In this document: positions 38,972 to 48,521 of the stretch, in pieces
Layout: every line of letters begins with the position of its first letter
Numbering within the stretch: position 1 is the first letter of the stretch
NCBI GenBank assembly: GCA_036002325.1
Contig: DASYTJ010000038.1
Coordinates: 10,665-74,664, forward strand
DNA: 64,000 nt
Reading direction: 5' to 3'
Origin: Thermoanaerobaculia bacterium
GTDB lineage: Bacteria; Acidobacteriota; Thermoanaerobaculia; Multivoradales; UBA5704
Made by a program: the position numbers and the translations under genes
The notes under the pieces: generated by a model
Told to the model about the DNA's origin: nothing
Database searches by the model: none
Seen by the model: only the letters and a program-made list of their open reading frames with translations

Positions 38972-39277
38972 TCAGGCTGTCCGGCGAGACCGGACTCGCG
39001 GCTCAACCTCTGGCCAGACGTCACGCCTGGCAATCTTCAGGTCGTAGCGCGACTGCAGATTGAGCCAGAACTGTGCTGGAACGCCGAAGTATTTCTCGAG
39101 CCGCAGCGCCGTATCCGCGGTGACGCTGCGGCGGCCATGAACCAGCTCGCTGATGCGCGCGACAGGTACGTCGAGGTCCCGCGCGAGCTGATTCTGACTG
39201 ATTCCCAAGGGCTCCATGAACTCGTAGCGCAGGATCTCCCCCGGAGGGATGGGGTCGAGAGGGTGCCCTTCTTCCAT
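38972..39277 (-). CDS. higA: HigA-family antitoxin (XRE-type HTH)
   Basis: ISQNQLARDLDVPVARISELVHGRRSVTADTALRLEKYFGVPAQFWLNLQSRYDL matches the HigA antitoxin family. Confidence 0.85.
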   Translation of the reverse strand: MEEGHPLDPIPPGEILRYEFMEPLGISQNQLARDLDVPVARISELVHGRRSVTADTALRLEKYFGVPAQFWLNLQSRYDLKIARRDVWPEVEPRVRSRRTA

Positions 39278-39296
39278 AGCGGGTTCCTTTGAGGCT

Positions 39297-39575
39297 TCAG
39301 TGGCAATCCACGATCTCTACGTTAAAGCTGTCTCCCTCAGACCACTCGAAACAGATTCTCCATTGATCGTTGATTCGGATGCTGTACTGCCCGGCGCGGT
39401 CTCCTTTAAGCGCTTCCAGGCGATTTCCAGGAACGAGGGAAAGCGCGGCGAGACTCGGCGCCGCGTCGAGTACTTCGAGCTTCCTGCGCGCCGTCCTTTC
39501 AATAGCCTGAAAGCGCCGCACGAACCGGTCCGCGAACAATGCCTCGGCATCTCGGCACCGGAACGTCCTGATCAC
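39297..39575 (-). CDS. higB: HigB-family toxin (RelE/ParE superfamily, 'plasmid maintenance system killer')
   Basis: MIRTFRCRDAEALF...RRKLEVLDAAPSLAALSLVPGNRLEALKGDRAGQYSIRINDQWRICFEW matches HigB. Located 20 bp upstream of higA. Confidence 0.8.
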   Translation of the reverse strand: MIRTFRCRDAEALFADRFVRRFQAIERTARRKLEVLDAAPSLAALSLVPGNRLEALKGDRAGQYSIRINDQWRICFEWSEGDSFNVEIVDCH

Positions 39576-39696
39576 TGCGACAGTCTATTCTGTGGTGCGT
39601 ATTCCGTCAAACGGAATGGCCTTCCTCGCTATGGCTACGGCTTGAGTTGCCCAGCCTTCACGTGCGATCACGGTATGATCTTCGCTCGATGGCCGC

Positions 39697-41484
39697 ATGG
39701 GCCTGCTGAGGAGTCAGTTGGAAGTCACCGGCGCCGGATTATCACTACGACTCCCGAGCCGTGCTCTGCTGCTTGCCGTCTCGTTGCTGGCCATGGCCGC
39801 CGCGCCGGCCGGGCGCTGGTTCGAGGACGTGACCGCCCGCGCCGGCGTCGCCGCGAAGCACGGCAATCGCGTCTTCCACAATCCCTACGCCGAGATCATG
39901 GCGGGGTACACCGCCCTGGGCGCCGCCGCCGCCGTGGCGGACTTCGACGGCGACGGCTTCGAGGACCTCTTCGTCACCGACTCGTCTGAAACCGGCAAAA
40001 ACCACCTCTACCGCAACAACGGCGGCTTCACCTTTACCGACGTGGCGGCGAAGGCGGGCGTGGCCGGCGGCAACGACGCCGCCAACGCCTCGGCCGACGC
40101 CCTCTGGTTCGACTACGACAACGACGGCCGGCCGGATCTCTTCGTGGTCCGCTTCGGCCGCAGCCAGCTCTTCCACAACCTGGGCCAGGGGAGCTTCCGC
40201 GAGGTCACCCGCGAAGCCGGGCTGGACCGTTACGCCAACGCCATCACCGCCGCCGCCTTCGACTACGATCGCGACGGCGATCTCGACCTGTTCGTCGGCG
40301 GCTACTTCCGGCCGGTCGATATCTTTCATCCCGAGACGCCGCGCTTCTTTCCCGAGAGCTTCGAGACGGCCGAGAACGGCGGCGGCGTCACCTTGTGGCG
40401 CAACGACGGCCGGGGGCGTTTCACCGATGCGACGCGCGCTGCCGGCCTGGCGCTCTCCGGTTGGACCCTGGACCTCGGCCACGCCGACGCCGACGGGGAC
40501 GGCGACGACGATCTCTACGTGGCCTGCGACTTCGGCACCGACCGCTTCCTCCGCAACAACGGCGACGGCACGTTCAGCGACCGGACCCGCGAGGCCACCG
40601 GCATCGACACCAAGAAGGGGATGAACGCCGAGTGGGGAGATTACGACAACGACGGCCGGCTGGACGTCTACGTCACCAACATCACCGACGACTACATGCG
40701 CGAGGGGAACTTTCTCTGGCGCAACAACGGCATGAACGGCTCGGGCGAAGTGACGTTCTCCGACGTCGCGCGGGAGACCGGCACCCACGACACCGGCTGG
40801 GGCTGGGGCGCCAAGTTCTTCGACTATGACGACGACGGCTGGCTCGACCTGTACGTGGTCAACGGCTGGGTCTCGGCGGGCCCGGAAAGCTATGTGCCGG
40901 AGATCTTCGCGATGATCATTCGGCCGGACGTCGACCTCGCCGATGCGCGCAACTGGCCGCCCATCGGCGGCAAGAGCTTCTCCGGCTATCAAAAGAAGCG
41001 GCTCTTCCACAACGAGGGCGGCCTGTTCCGGGACGAGGCAGCGCGCCACGGTCTCGACTCGGCCCGCGACGGCCGCGGCATCGCCGTCGCCGACTTCGAC
41101 AACGATGGCCGCCTGGATCTGTTCGTGACCAACGCCAAGGCCGAGCCCTACCTCTATCGCAACGTCCGGCCCGCCGCGCACTGGGTGCAGTTCCTTCTCG
41201 AAGGCAGGCCATCGAGCCGCGACGCCGTGGGCGCGCAGTTGCGCGCCACCGCCGCCGGACGCTCGCAGCTCCGCTTCGTGGACGGCGGCAACGGCTTCGC
41301 CGGCCAGAGCAGCCGCCGCGTCCACTTCGGCCTCGGCGCCGCGGCGGCGGTAGATCGCCTCGAGGTGCGCTGGCCCTCGGGACTGCGCCAGATCTTCGAT
41401 AAAATCCCGGCGGACCGCACCTGGCGCATCGTCGAAGGTGAACCGGAATTGAAACCTTTTCAGGCCGTTGCCAGGAAACAATGA
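39697..41484 (+). CDS. CRTAC1-family protein (FG-GAP repeats + ASPIC/UnbV domain), copy 1
   Basis: Repeated DFDGDGxxDLFV FG-GAP motifs and a C-terminal ...RDAVGAQLRATAAGRSQLRFVDGGNGFAGQSS..HFGLG... ASPIC/UnbV signature. Confidence 0.8.
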   Translation: MGLLRSQLEVTGAGLSLRLPSRALLLAVSLLAMAAAPAGRWFEDVTARAGVAAKHGNRVFHNPYAEIMAGYTALGAAAAVADFDGDGFEDLFVTDSSETGKNHLYRNNGGFTFTDVAAKAGVAGGNDAANASADALWFDYDNDGRPDLFVVRFGRSQLFHNLGQGSFREVTREAGLDRYANAITAAAFDYDRDGDLDLFVGGYFRPVDIFHPETPRFFPESFETAENGGGVTLWRNDGRGRFTDATRAAGLALSGWTLDLGHADADGDGDDDLYVACDFGTDRFLRNNGDGTFSDRTREATGIDTKKGMNAEWGDYDNDGRLDVYVTNITDDYMREGNFLWRNNGMNGSGEVTFSDVARETGTHDTGWGWGAKFFDYDDDGWLDLYVVNGWVSAGPESYVPEIFAMIIRPDVDLADARNWPPIGGKSFSGYQKKRLFHNEGGLFRDEAARHGLDSARDGRGIAVADFDNDGRLDLFVTNAKAEPYLYRNVRPAAHWVQFLLEGRPSSRDAVGAQLRATAAGRSQLRFVDGGNGFAGQSSRRVHFGLGAAAAVDRLEVRWPSGLRQIFDKIPADRTWRIVEGEPELKPFQAVARKQ

Positions 41485-42221
41485 AACGTTTTTGGATCCC
41501 TTCGCTGCTCGCGCTCTGCCTCGGCTCCGCCGCCGTCGCGGGCTCGTTCGAGGAGGCGATGAAGGCCGTCGCCGCCGGCAACGACGCGGCGGCCTTGCAG
41601 CTCTTCGAAGCGGCGCTCGCGACGGATCCGGATAACCTGCAAGCTTCCAACGAGTATCGCAAGGCCGTCATCCGCACCGGCCAGTACGACCGGGCCATCG
41701 ACTTCTACGGCAAGCTCACCGCTGCTCAGCCTCAGGCCGCCTTCGCCTGGCTGAACTACGGCTACGCTTACGTGGACAAGATCCCGGCCGCCGGCTCGAT
41801 CACGCGGGTGATCCTGGCCAACAACTCCATCACCAACTTCTCCAAGTCGATCGAGATCAAACGCACCTGGATCGCACTTTATACGCGGGGCAACGCCTAT
41901 CTTTACTGGCCCAAGGTCTTCGGCCGCGCGCCGCTCGCCGTGGCGGACCTCGAGGAGGCGGTGGCGATCGCCCGCAAGGAACCGCAGCGGAAGAAGGTCT
42001 ACGTCCGCGCCTGGATCGCCCTCGGCGACGGTTACTTGAAGACGGACCAGCCGGAGAAGGCGAAGGCGGTCTGGCGCGAGGCGCAGCAGCTCTTCGGGAA
42101 CCAACCGCAGCTCCAGGAGCGGCTCTCTCGCGACGGCGAGGAGTTGGAAAAGTACGTCTACGACCAGCTCGACCCCAACCTGCGGGTGAACACCGATCTG
42201 GCGCCGTTGTGGGAGGAGTGA
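41481..42221 (+). CDS. secreted TPR-like repeat protein
   Basis: Signal peptide. Helical repeats with A/L/Y/G pattern (AWLNYGYAYV, ALYTRGNAYLYW). Confidence 0.55.
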   Translation: MKRFWIPSLLALCLGSAAVAGSFEEAMKAVAAGNDAAALQLFEAALATDPDNLQASNEYRKAVIRTGQYDRAIDFYGKLTAAQPQAAFAWLNYGYAYVDKIPAAGSITRVILANNSITNFSKSIEIKRTWIALYTRGNAYLYWPKVFGRAPLAVADLEEAVAIARKEPQRKKVYVRAWIALGDGYLKTDQPEKAKAVWREAQQLFGNQPQLQERLSRDGEELEKYVYDQLDPNLRVNTDLAPLWEE

Positions 42222-42346
42222 GGGTGCTGTCGGAAGAGCCTCGAAGGGGTGGCGGCAGCTCGGGGCGTTCTGGGGGGGCGCAGTCGAAAGGATCTTGCCG
42301 AGCTCGGGCCTCCTTTTTCGGCATAAAGGTTGTGAATCGTTCCCCC

Positions 42347-42385
42347 TCGCCCGTCAGGGAGAGGGGGCCAGGGGGTGAGGCTTCG
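42347..42385 (+). repeat. REP-like dispersed repeat, copy A (TCGCCCGTCAGGGAGAGGGGGCCAGGGGGTGAGGCTTCG)
   Basis: Core of 23 bp or more identical to 48891-48931 and, in reverse orientation, to 54129-54145 and 59241-59264. Confidence 0.7.
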
Positions 42386-42409
42386 AAGGGCATACCCCTC
42401 CTACTTTCT

Positions 42410-44146
42410 ATGCTCCTCCTGATCTGCACCTCCCTCTTCGCCCAGGACCCAGGACCCAAGACCCAGGACCCTCCCCCCGCCAGCCCCATCCGCTTCGAGG
42501 AGATCTCCGATGCCGCCGGCGCCCGCCTCGTCCATCACACCCGTACCTTCCGAGGGAAGCACGCCGACGTGCTCGGCATGTTCACTTCCGGCGGCGCCGC
42601 GGTGGCGGTGGGGGACTACGACGGCGACGGCGACGATGACCTGTTCGTCACCGACTCCGCGGTGGGACAACCCAACCACTTACTGCGCAACGAGCTGCGG
42701 CCTTCGGGCAAGCTGGTCTTCACCGACGTGGCGCGCGAGGCCGGGGTCGCTGGAGGAAACGACGAGCGCGCCATCGTCTCCGATGCCCTGTGGTTGGACG
42801 CCGACAACGACGGCCGGCGCGATCTGCTGGTGGCCCGCTTCGGCGCGCCGCTGCTGTATCGGAATCTGGGGCGGGGAAGGTTTCGCGAGATGGCGAAGGA
42901 GGCCGGCCTCACGAAGTTCGGCAACACCATCGCCGCCATCGCCTTCGACTACGACAACGACGGCCGGCTCGACCTGCTGTTCGGCAATTACTTCCAGCCG
43001 GTCGACCTGACCGAGCTGCCGACGCCGCACGTCCTGCCCAACAACCTCGACAACGCGGTCAACGGCGGCGGCGTCACGCTGTGGCGCAACGTCACCGCAC
43101 CGGGCTCCGGCGAGCTTCGCTTCGTCGAGACGACGGCGAAGGCCGGCCTCGCTCATCACACCGGCTGGACTCTCGATCTCGGCCACGGCGATCTCAACAA
43201 CGACGGCTGGCAGGACCTCTATCTCGCGGTCGACTACGGCACCGACCGCCTCTTCTTCAACAACGGCGGCGGCACCTTCCGTGACGCCACGAAGGAGGCT
43301 GTCGGGTTCGACTCGCGCAAAGGGATGAACGTCGACGTCGCGGATTACGATCGCGACGGCTGGCTCGACATCTACGTCACGAACATCACCGACGAATACA
43401 TGAAAGAATGCAACATGCTCTGGCACAACGACGGCGACGGCACCTTCACCGACCTGGCGAAGGAGACCGGCACCTGCAATACGCTTTGGGGCTGGGGCGC
43501 CAAGTTCGGCGACTTCGACGGCGACGGCTGGGAGGACCTCTTCGTGATGAACGGCTTGCGCTCGGCCGGCCCAGAGAACTACATTCCGGTCCTCTTCGAG
43601 ATGATCGTCACGCCGGGCATCGACTTCACCGACGTCAACAGCTATCCGCCGATCGGTGCGATGAGCTGGAGCGGATATCAGCGCAAGAAGCTCTTCCGCA
43701 ATCTCGGCACGCAGGCCTTCAAGGAGATGGCGGCCGCGGCTGGGGTCGATAACGACCGCGACGGCCGCGGCATCGGCATGGCCGACTTCGACGACGACGG
43801 CCGGCTCGACCTCTATCAGACCAGCGTCGATCAGCCCGCGCTTTTGTATCGCAACGTCTCCCCGGCGCGCCACTGGCTCGAGCTGAAGCTCATCGGCACG
43901 AAATCGAACCGCGACGCCATCGGCGCCCGAGCCACCTTACGGGTCGGCGGCGCGACCCTGATCCGCGAGGTCAACGGCGGCAACGGCTACGCCAGCCAGA
44001 GCACCGTACGTCTTCATTTCGGATTGGGAGCGGCGGCGAAGGTCGATGCCGTCGAGATCCGCTGGCCGAGCGGGCGTGTCGAGAAGGTAGCCGTGCCGGT
44101 GGACCGGATCACCACGATCAAGGAAGGAACGGGGGTGGTGAAATGA
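42410..44146 (+). CDS. CRTAC1-family protein (FG-GAP + ASPIC/UnbV), copy 2
   Basis: Same architecture as copy 1 (DYDGDGDDDLFVTD..., ...RDAIGARATLRVGGATLIREVNGGNGYASQS). Start at ATG 42410, after the REP element. The ORF-track start at 42209 overlaps the TPR gene and is rejected. Confidence 0.8.
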   Translation: MLLLICTSLFAQDPGPKTQDPPPASPIRFEEISDAAGARLVHHTRTFRGKHADVLGMFTSGGAAVAVGDYDGDGDDDLFVTDSAVGQPNHLLRNELRPSGKLVFTDVAREAGVAGGNDERAIVSDALWLDADNDGRRDLLVARFGAPLLYRNLGRGRFREMAKEAGLTKFGNTIAAIAFDYDNDGRLDLLFGNYFQPVDLTELPTPHVLPNNLDNAVNGGGVTLWRNVTAPGSGELRFVETTAKAGLAHHTGWTLDLGHGDLNNDGWQDLYLAVDYGTDRLFFNNGGGTFRDATKEAVGFDSRKGMNVDVADYDRDGWLDIYVTNITDEYMKECNMLWHNDGDGTFTDLAKETGTCNTLWGWGAKFGDFDGDGWEDLFVMNGLRSAGPENYIPVLFEMIVTPGIDFTDVNSYPPIGAMSWSGYQRKKLFRNLGTQAFKEMAAAAGVDNDRDGRGIGMADFDDDGRLDLYQTSVDQPALLYRNVSPARHWLELKLIGTKSNRDAIGARATLRVGGATLIREVNGGNGYASQSTVRLHFGLGAAAKVDAVEIRWPSGRVEKVAVPVDRITTIKEGTGVVK

Positions 44147-47100
44147 GGCCGGCCCTCACCCTTCTCGGGCTCCTCCTCATGGCTGCCGCGCCGCCGCGGA
44201 CACCTCCGAACGACGAGCTCCTCTGGCACCATCGCAACCTCGGCAAGGCGTTCTACGAGAACCCGGCGACGCAGTATCAGGCGGTGGACGAGCTCAAGGC
44301 GGCGCTGGATCTGTCTCCCGACTCCGTCCGCGAGCGGCTCAACTACGGCCTCGCTCTGCTCCGGGCGGGCAAGACGGCCGAAGGCATCGCCGAGTTGGAG
44401 AAGGTGCAGAGGCAGGACCCGTCGCTCCCCCATACCTGGTTCAATCTCGGCATCGCCTACAAGCGCGCCGCCGACTACGACCGCGCCACCGCGCAGTTCG
44501 AAAGGTTGGTCGCGCTGGTCCCCGACGAACCGGTGGCGCGCTACAACCTCGGGGTGCTCTACAAGCTCGCCGGCAAGGCCGACCTCGCGCTGCGCCATTT
44601 CGAGGAAGCGGAGCGGCTCGCTCCCCATTTCGTGGGCCCCCACTTCCAGCTCTTCAACGCCTACCGGTTCGCCGGCCGCGAGGCAGACTCGAAGCGCGAG
44701 CTGGCCATCTTCCAGGAGGTCCGCAAGCAGCAGGAGGGCGCCGCCGTGCCCGAAGACCTGGAATGGAGCCGCTATGCCGAGCTCTACGACGAGCCCGAGC
44801 CGGCGAGCCCCGTTGCCCCGACCGTGCCGCCGAAATGGGAGGCCCGCGAGCTGAAGACGGGCCTCGACCCTGGGACGGCGGTGCTCGCCGTGCTCGACGC
44901 CGAGGGTGACGGCCGGCCGGATCTCCTCGCCGCCTCGGCGCTCGGCGCGGCCCTGTTCCGGCAGGGTACGGACCCGGTCGAGGCGAGCGGCCTCGCCGAG
45001 ATCCGGGGAGTCACGGGCGCGGCTCTCGGCGACTTCGACAACGACGGCCTGGCGGATCTCTGTCTGATCGCGGGCGGCGGCGCGTCGCTGTGGCGCAACG
45101 CCGGCGGACGATTCGAAAAGGTTTCTGTTCTGTTTCCTGCCGGCAAGTTCCGCGACGCCGTCTGGCTCGACTTCGATCACGATTACGACCTCGATCTGAT
45201 CCTGCTCGGAGAGAGCGCCGCTCTGCTGCGCAACCAGGGGACCGCCGGCTTCCAGGACGAGACGCGCCGGTTTCCTTTCGTGACCGGCAACGCGCTCGGC
45301 GCCGCGGTGCTGCACGTCGTCTCCGACACGCAGGGGATGGACCTCGCCGTGGCCTACGCGGACCGGCCGGGAGTGATCTACCGCGACCGGCTGGGCGGCA
45401 GTTATGAGGCCGAGACCGTAGCGGCGCTGCCCGCCGGGGCGGCGCCGCTCATGGCGGTCGACTTCAACGGCGACGGCTGGACCGACCTCGCCGCGGGCGC
45501 CACGGTGCTGGTCAACGGGCAGGGGAAAGGGTGGACGGCGGAGAAGCCCACGTCCGCACCTCCGTTCGTGCCGGCCGATCTGGACAACCGGGGGACCGTC
45601 TCGCTCGTCGCGGCTCCCCAGGGCTTCGCCGCTACGGCATTGGCGGCCGCCGATTTCGACGCCGACGGCCGGGTGGACCTTGCGGCGGCGGGGAAGGACG
45701 GCTCACTGAGGCTCTTCCGCAACGCCACGGAGACCGCCAATCGCTGGCTGGCCGTGCGTCTCGAAGGGGTCAAGAACCTGAAGCTCGCGGCCGGCGCGGA
45801 GATCGAGGTCAAGGCCGGCAAGCTGTATCAGAAGCGCAGCTATCAGGGAGTGCCCCTGATCTTCGGCTTGGGGGCTCGGAACGAGGCGGACGCCGTCCGC
45901 ATCACCTGGCCCAACGGGCTGATCCAGAACGAGACGCGCCAGGCCGCCGGCAAGCTCGCCGCCGATCTTTCCACCTATAAAGAAGCCCCCCGCCTCTCCG
46001 GCTCCTGTCCGATGATCTTCACCTGGAACGGCGAGCGGTTCGAGTTCATCACCGACGTGCTGGGCGTCGCGCCGCTCGGCGCTTCGGCGGGCGACGGCGA
46101 GTACTTTCCGGTGGATCACGACGAGCACGTGCGCATCCCCGGCGAGGCCCTGGCCGCCGTCGACGGCCACTATGAGGTGCGGATCACCGAGGAGCTGCGC
46201 GAGGTGGCCTATCTCGACCAGGTGCGCCTGATCGCCGTCGATCACCCGGAGGCGACGGAGGTCTTCACCAACGACAAGTTCCAGAGCCCGCCGTATCCCG
46301 AGCTGCGGCTTTACGGGATGGAGCGACGAGTGCGGCCTCTGGCGGCCCGCGACTCGCAGGGCAGAGACGTGCGCGACCGGCTTCTCGCCCGCGACCGGCG
46401 TTACCCGGACGACTTCCGCCGCACCTCCTCCGGCATTGCCGAGATGCACCATCTGGATCTCGATTTCGGCCGCGTTGCGCCGGACGGCCGCGCCCTGCTC
46501 GTGCTCTCCGGATGGGTGGACTGGGCCGACGGCAGCACCTTCCTCGGCGCCGCCCAGGAGGCGGGCGGCGGGCTGGTGATGCCGCGCCTGCAGGTCAAGG
46601 ACGCCGCCGGCCGCTGGGTGACGGTGCTCGAAGACATGGGCATTCCGGCCGGCAAGCCCAAAACGATCGTGGTGGACCTCACCGGCAAGTTCCTCTCCGA
46701 CTCTCGCGAGGTCCGCATCGAGACCAATCTCTGCGTGTATTGGGACGAGATCTTCCTGGCGGAAACGGCTGGGGAGACGCCGATGGAGCTGACCCCCATG
46801 GCGCCCATGACGGGCAACCTGCGCTTCCGCGGTTTCTCGCGGCCGGTGATCCATCCCGAGCGCAAGCAGCCGGAGAGCTTCGATTACCAGACGTGGATGC
46901 CGCTCTCGATGTGGAACCCCACGCCGGGGCTCTATACCCGCTATGGCGACGTGCGGCCGCTGCTCGCCGAGGTGGACGACCGCATGGTGGTCATGGGCTC
47001 TGGCGACGAGATCCGCCTGCGTTTCGACGCGCGTGCCCTGCCGGCCCTGCCCGCCGGCTGGCGGCGCGATTTCCTGCTCAAGGTCGACGGCTGGGCCAAG

Positions 47101-47298
47101 GACGCCGACGCCAATACGGCCTTCTCGCAGAGTGTCGAGCCGCTGCCGTTCCACGCCATGAGCCGCTATCCCTATCCCGAGAGGGAGCGCTTCCCGGACG
47201 ACGAGGCGCACCGGAAGTACCGGGAGGAGTACAACACCCGGCCGGCGCTGCGGCTGATCCGGCCGTTGCAGCAGCCCGGCGATAAATCGCCGGGCTAA
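44143..47298 (+). CDS. large secreted protein: N-terminal TPR + FG-GAP repeats + ASPIC/UnbV domain + ~450 aa C-terminal domain of unknown function
   Basis: TPR helices (LNYGLALLRAGK...WFNLGIAYKRAADYDRA), FG-GAP (DFDNDGLADL, VDFNGDGWTDL, DFDADGRVDL), ASPIC/UnbV (WLAVRLEGVKNLKLAAGAEIEVKAGKLYQKRSYQG...GLG), then an unassigned tail from SGSCPMIFTWNGERFEF onward. Confidence 0.7.
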   Translation: MRPALTLLGLLLMAAAPPRTPPNDELLWHHRNLGKAFYENPATQYQAVDELKAALDLSPDSVRERLNYGLALLRAGKTAEGIAELEKVQRQDPSLPHTWFNLGIAYKRAADYDRATAQFERLVALVPDEPVARYNLGVLYKLAGKADLALRHFEEAERLAPHFVGPHFQLFNAYRFAGREADSKRELAIFQEVRKQQEGAAVPEDLEWSRYAELYDEPEPASPVAPTVPPKWEARELKTGLDPGTAVLAVLDAEGDGRPDLLAASALGAALFRQGTDPVEASGLAEIRGVTGAALGDFDNDGLADLCLIAGGGASLWRNAGGRFEKVSVLFPAGKFRDAVWLDFDHDYDLDLILLGESAALLRNQGTAGFQDETRRFPFVTGNALGAAVLHVVSDTQGMDLAVAYADRPGVIYRDRLGGSYEAETVAALPAGAAPLMAVDFNGDGWTDLAAGATVLVNGQGKGWTAEKPTSAPPFVPADLDNRGTVSLVAAPQGFAATALAAADFDADGRVDLAAAGKDGSLRLFRNATETANRWLAVRLEGVKNLKLAAGAEIEVKAGKLYQKRSYQGVPLIFGLGARNEADAVRITWPNGLIQNETRQAAGKLAADLSTYKEAPRLSGSCPMIFTWNGERFEFITDVLGVAPLGASAGDGEYFPVDHDEHVRIPGEALAAVDGHYEVRITEELREVAYLDQVRLIAVDHPEATEVFTNDKFQSPPYPELRLYGMERRVRPLAARDSQGRDVRDRLLARDRRYPDDFRRTSSGIAEMHHLDLDFGRVAPDGRALLVLSGWVDWADGSTFLGAAQEAGGGLVMPRLQVKDAAGRWVTVLEDMGIPAGKPKTIVVDLTGKFLSDSREVRIETNLCVYWDEIFLAETAGETPMELTPMAPMTGNLRFRGFSRPVIHPERKQPESFDYQTWMPLSMWNPTPGLYTRYGDVRPLLAEVDDRMVVMGSGDEIRLRFDARALPALPAGWRRDFLLKVDGWAKDADANTAFSQSVEPLPFHAMSRYPYPERERFPDDEAHRKYREEYNTRPALRLIRPLQQPGDKSPG

Positions 47299-47358
47299 AA
47301 TCGCCAACCGTCCCGCTTTTGGCCATGCCTGCACTTATTAAGCGAACGGGCGCTGCGG

Positions 47359-48408
47359 GTGCGGCGAGACGCAGGAGGTGCGGTCGTGGCCATCAGAGTC
47401 GTCAGTTACGAAGAGATCCGCCGGCTGGTGCGGCTGGAAGACGTCATCGCGCCGGTCCGCGAATCGTTCAAGAGCTACTCGCTGGGCCGGGCCAACATCC
47501 CGCCGGTCCAGCATCTCGAGATGCCCGCTCGCCAGGGCGGGGCGCTGCACATCAAGACCGGGCACGTCGAGCCGCTCGACTTCTGCCTGGTGAAGGTCGC
47601 CTCGACGTTCCCCGAGAATACGCGGCGGGTGCCTCCCAGCCCGTCGATCAACGGCGCGATCATGGTGTTCAGCGCCGTCGACGGCGAGCCCCTCGCGCTG
47701 CTCGAGGACCGGGCCTGGATCACTCAGGCGCGGACCGGAGGCGCCGGCGCCGTGGCGGCCGAGCTGCTGGCGCGCCCCGGCGCCGCGACGCTCGGAGTGA
47801 TCGGCTCCGGCACGCAGGCCCGGCTGCAGGCCACTGCGATCCTCCACGTCCTGCCGGATCTCCGTAAGCTCGTGACCTGGGGCCGGTCGGCGGAGAAGGC
47901 CCGGCAGTTCGCCGCGGACATGAGCGCCTCCTATCCCTTCCTCGCCGTCGAGGCCGTGGAGAATCCCGAGCAAGCCGTCCGCGCCGCGGACATTCTCGTG
48001 ACGACCACGTATGCCGCGGAGCCCATCGTGCGCGGCGAGTGGCTCCCCGAGGGGGTGCTGGTCATCGGCATGGGCGCGGACTCCATCCACAAGCGGGAGC
48101 TCGATCCCGGGACCCTTCTGCGGGCTGACAAGGTGTACGTCGACAGCCGCTCGCAGAACGAGATCCTGGCCGAGATCGGTCACGGCCTCCGTGAAGGCCT
48201 GTTCGACGCCGGCCGCATCGACGGCGAGATCGGCGATCTCCTGGCGGACGGCGTCGCCGCGGGCCGGATGTCGGACCGCGAGCGCATCGTCTGCAAGCTG
48301 ACCGGCGTGGCCGTGCAGGAGGTCTTCGTCTGCGACTACCTGCTGCGCAGCCTCGGGATCACCGGCCGCAGGCGCGAGACGGCGGAGGTTCTGGCGGCGG
48401 CGTCGTAG
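47359..48408 (+). CDS. ornithine cyclodeaminase/mu-crystallin family protein
   Basis: Rossmann region GVIGSGTQARLQATAIL and the overall OCD_Mu_crystallin pattern. Confidence 0.8.
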   Translation: MRRDAGGAVVAIRVVSYEEIRRLVRLEDVIAPVRESFKSYSLGRANIPPVQHLEMPARQGGALHIKTGHVEPLDFCLVKVASTFPENTRRVPPSPSINGAIMVFSAVDGEPLALLEDRAWITQARTGGAGAVAAELLARPGAATLGVIGSGTQARLQATAILHVLPDLRKLVTWGRSAEKARQFAADMSASYPFLAVEAVENPEQAVRAADILVTTTYAAEPIVRGEWLPEGVLVIGMGADSIHKRELDPGTLLRADKVYVDSRSQNEILAEIGHGLREGLFDAGRIDGEIGDLLADGVAAGRMSDRERIVCKLTGVAVQEVFVCDYLLRSLGITGRRRETAEVLAAAS

Positions 48409-48521
48409 GCAAAACGCTACATAGTTCAAGGCCCCGACACCTCAACGGAGGAGCTGTGCTAGCCGTACCTTTGTACGGCATCTCGTAAACGCGACGGACG
48501 TCACCGATGGAGGTGAGAAAA

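Noticed and set aside
37444-39033. ATG start at 39033 for the REC-DUF4388 regulator
   Set aside because: Would overlap higA by 60 bp. GTG at 38958 begins right at the conserved receiver N-terminus (KVLLIESD) and leaves a 14-bp intergenic gap.
42209-42409. extended N-terminus (67 aa) of CRTAC1 copy 2 starting at 42209
   Set aside because: It would overlap the preceding TPR gene's last codons and run through the REP element. The internal ATG at 42410 gives a plausible signal peptide aligned with copy 1.
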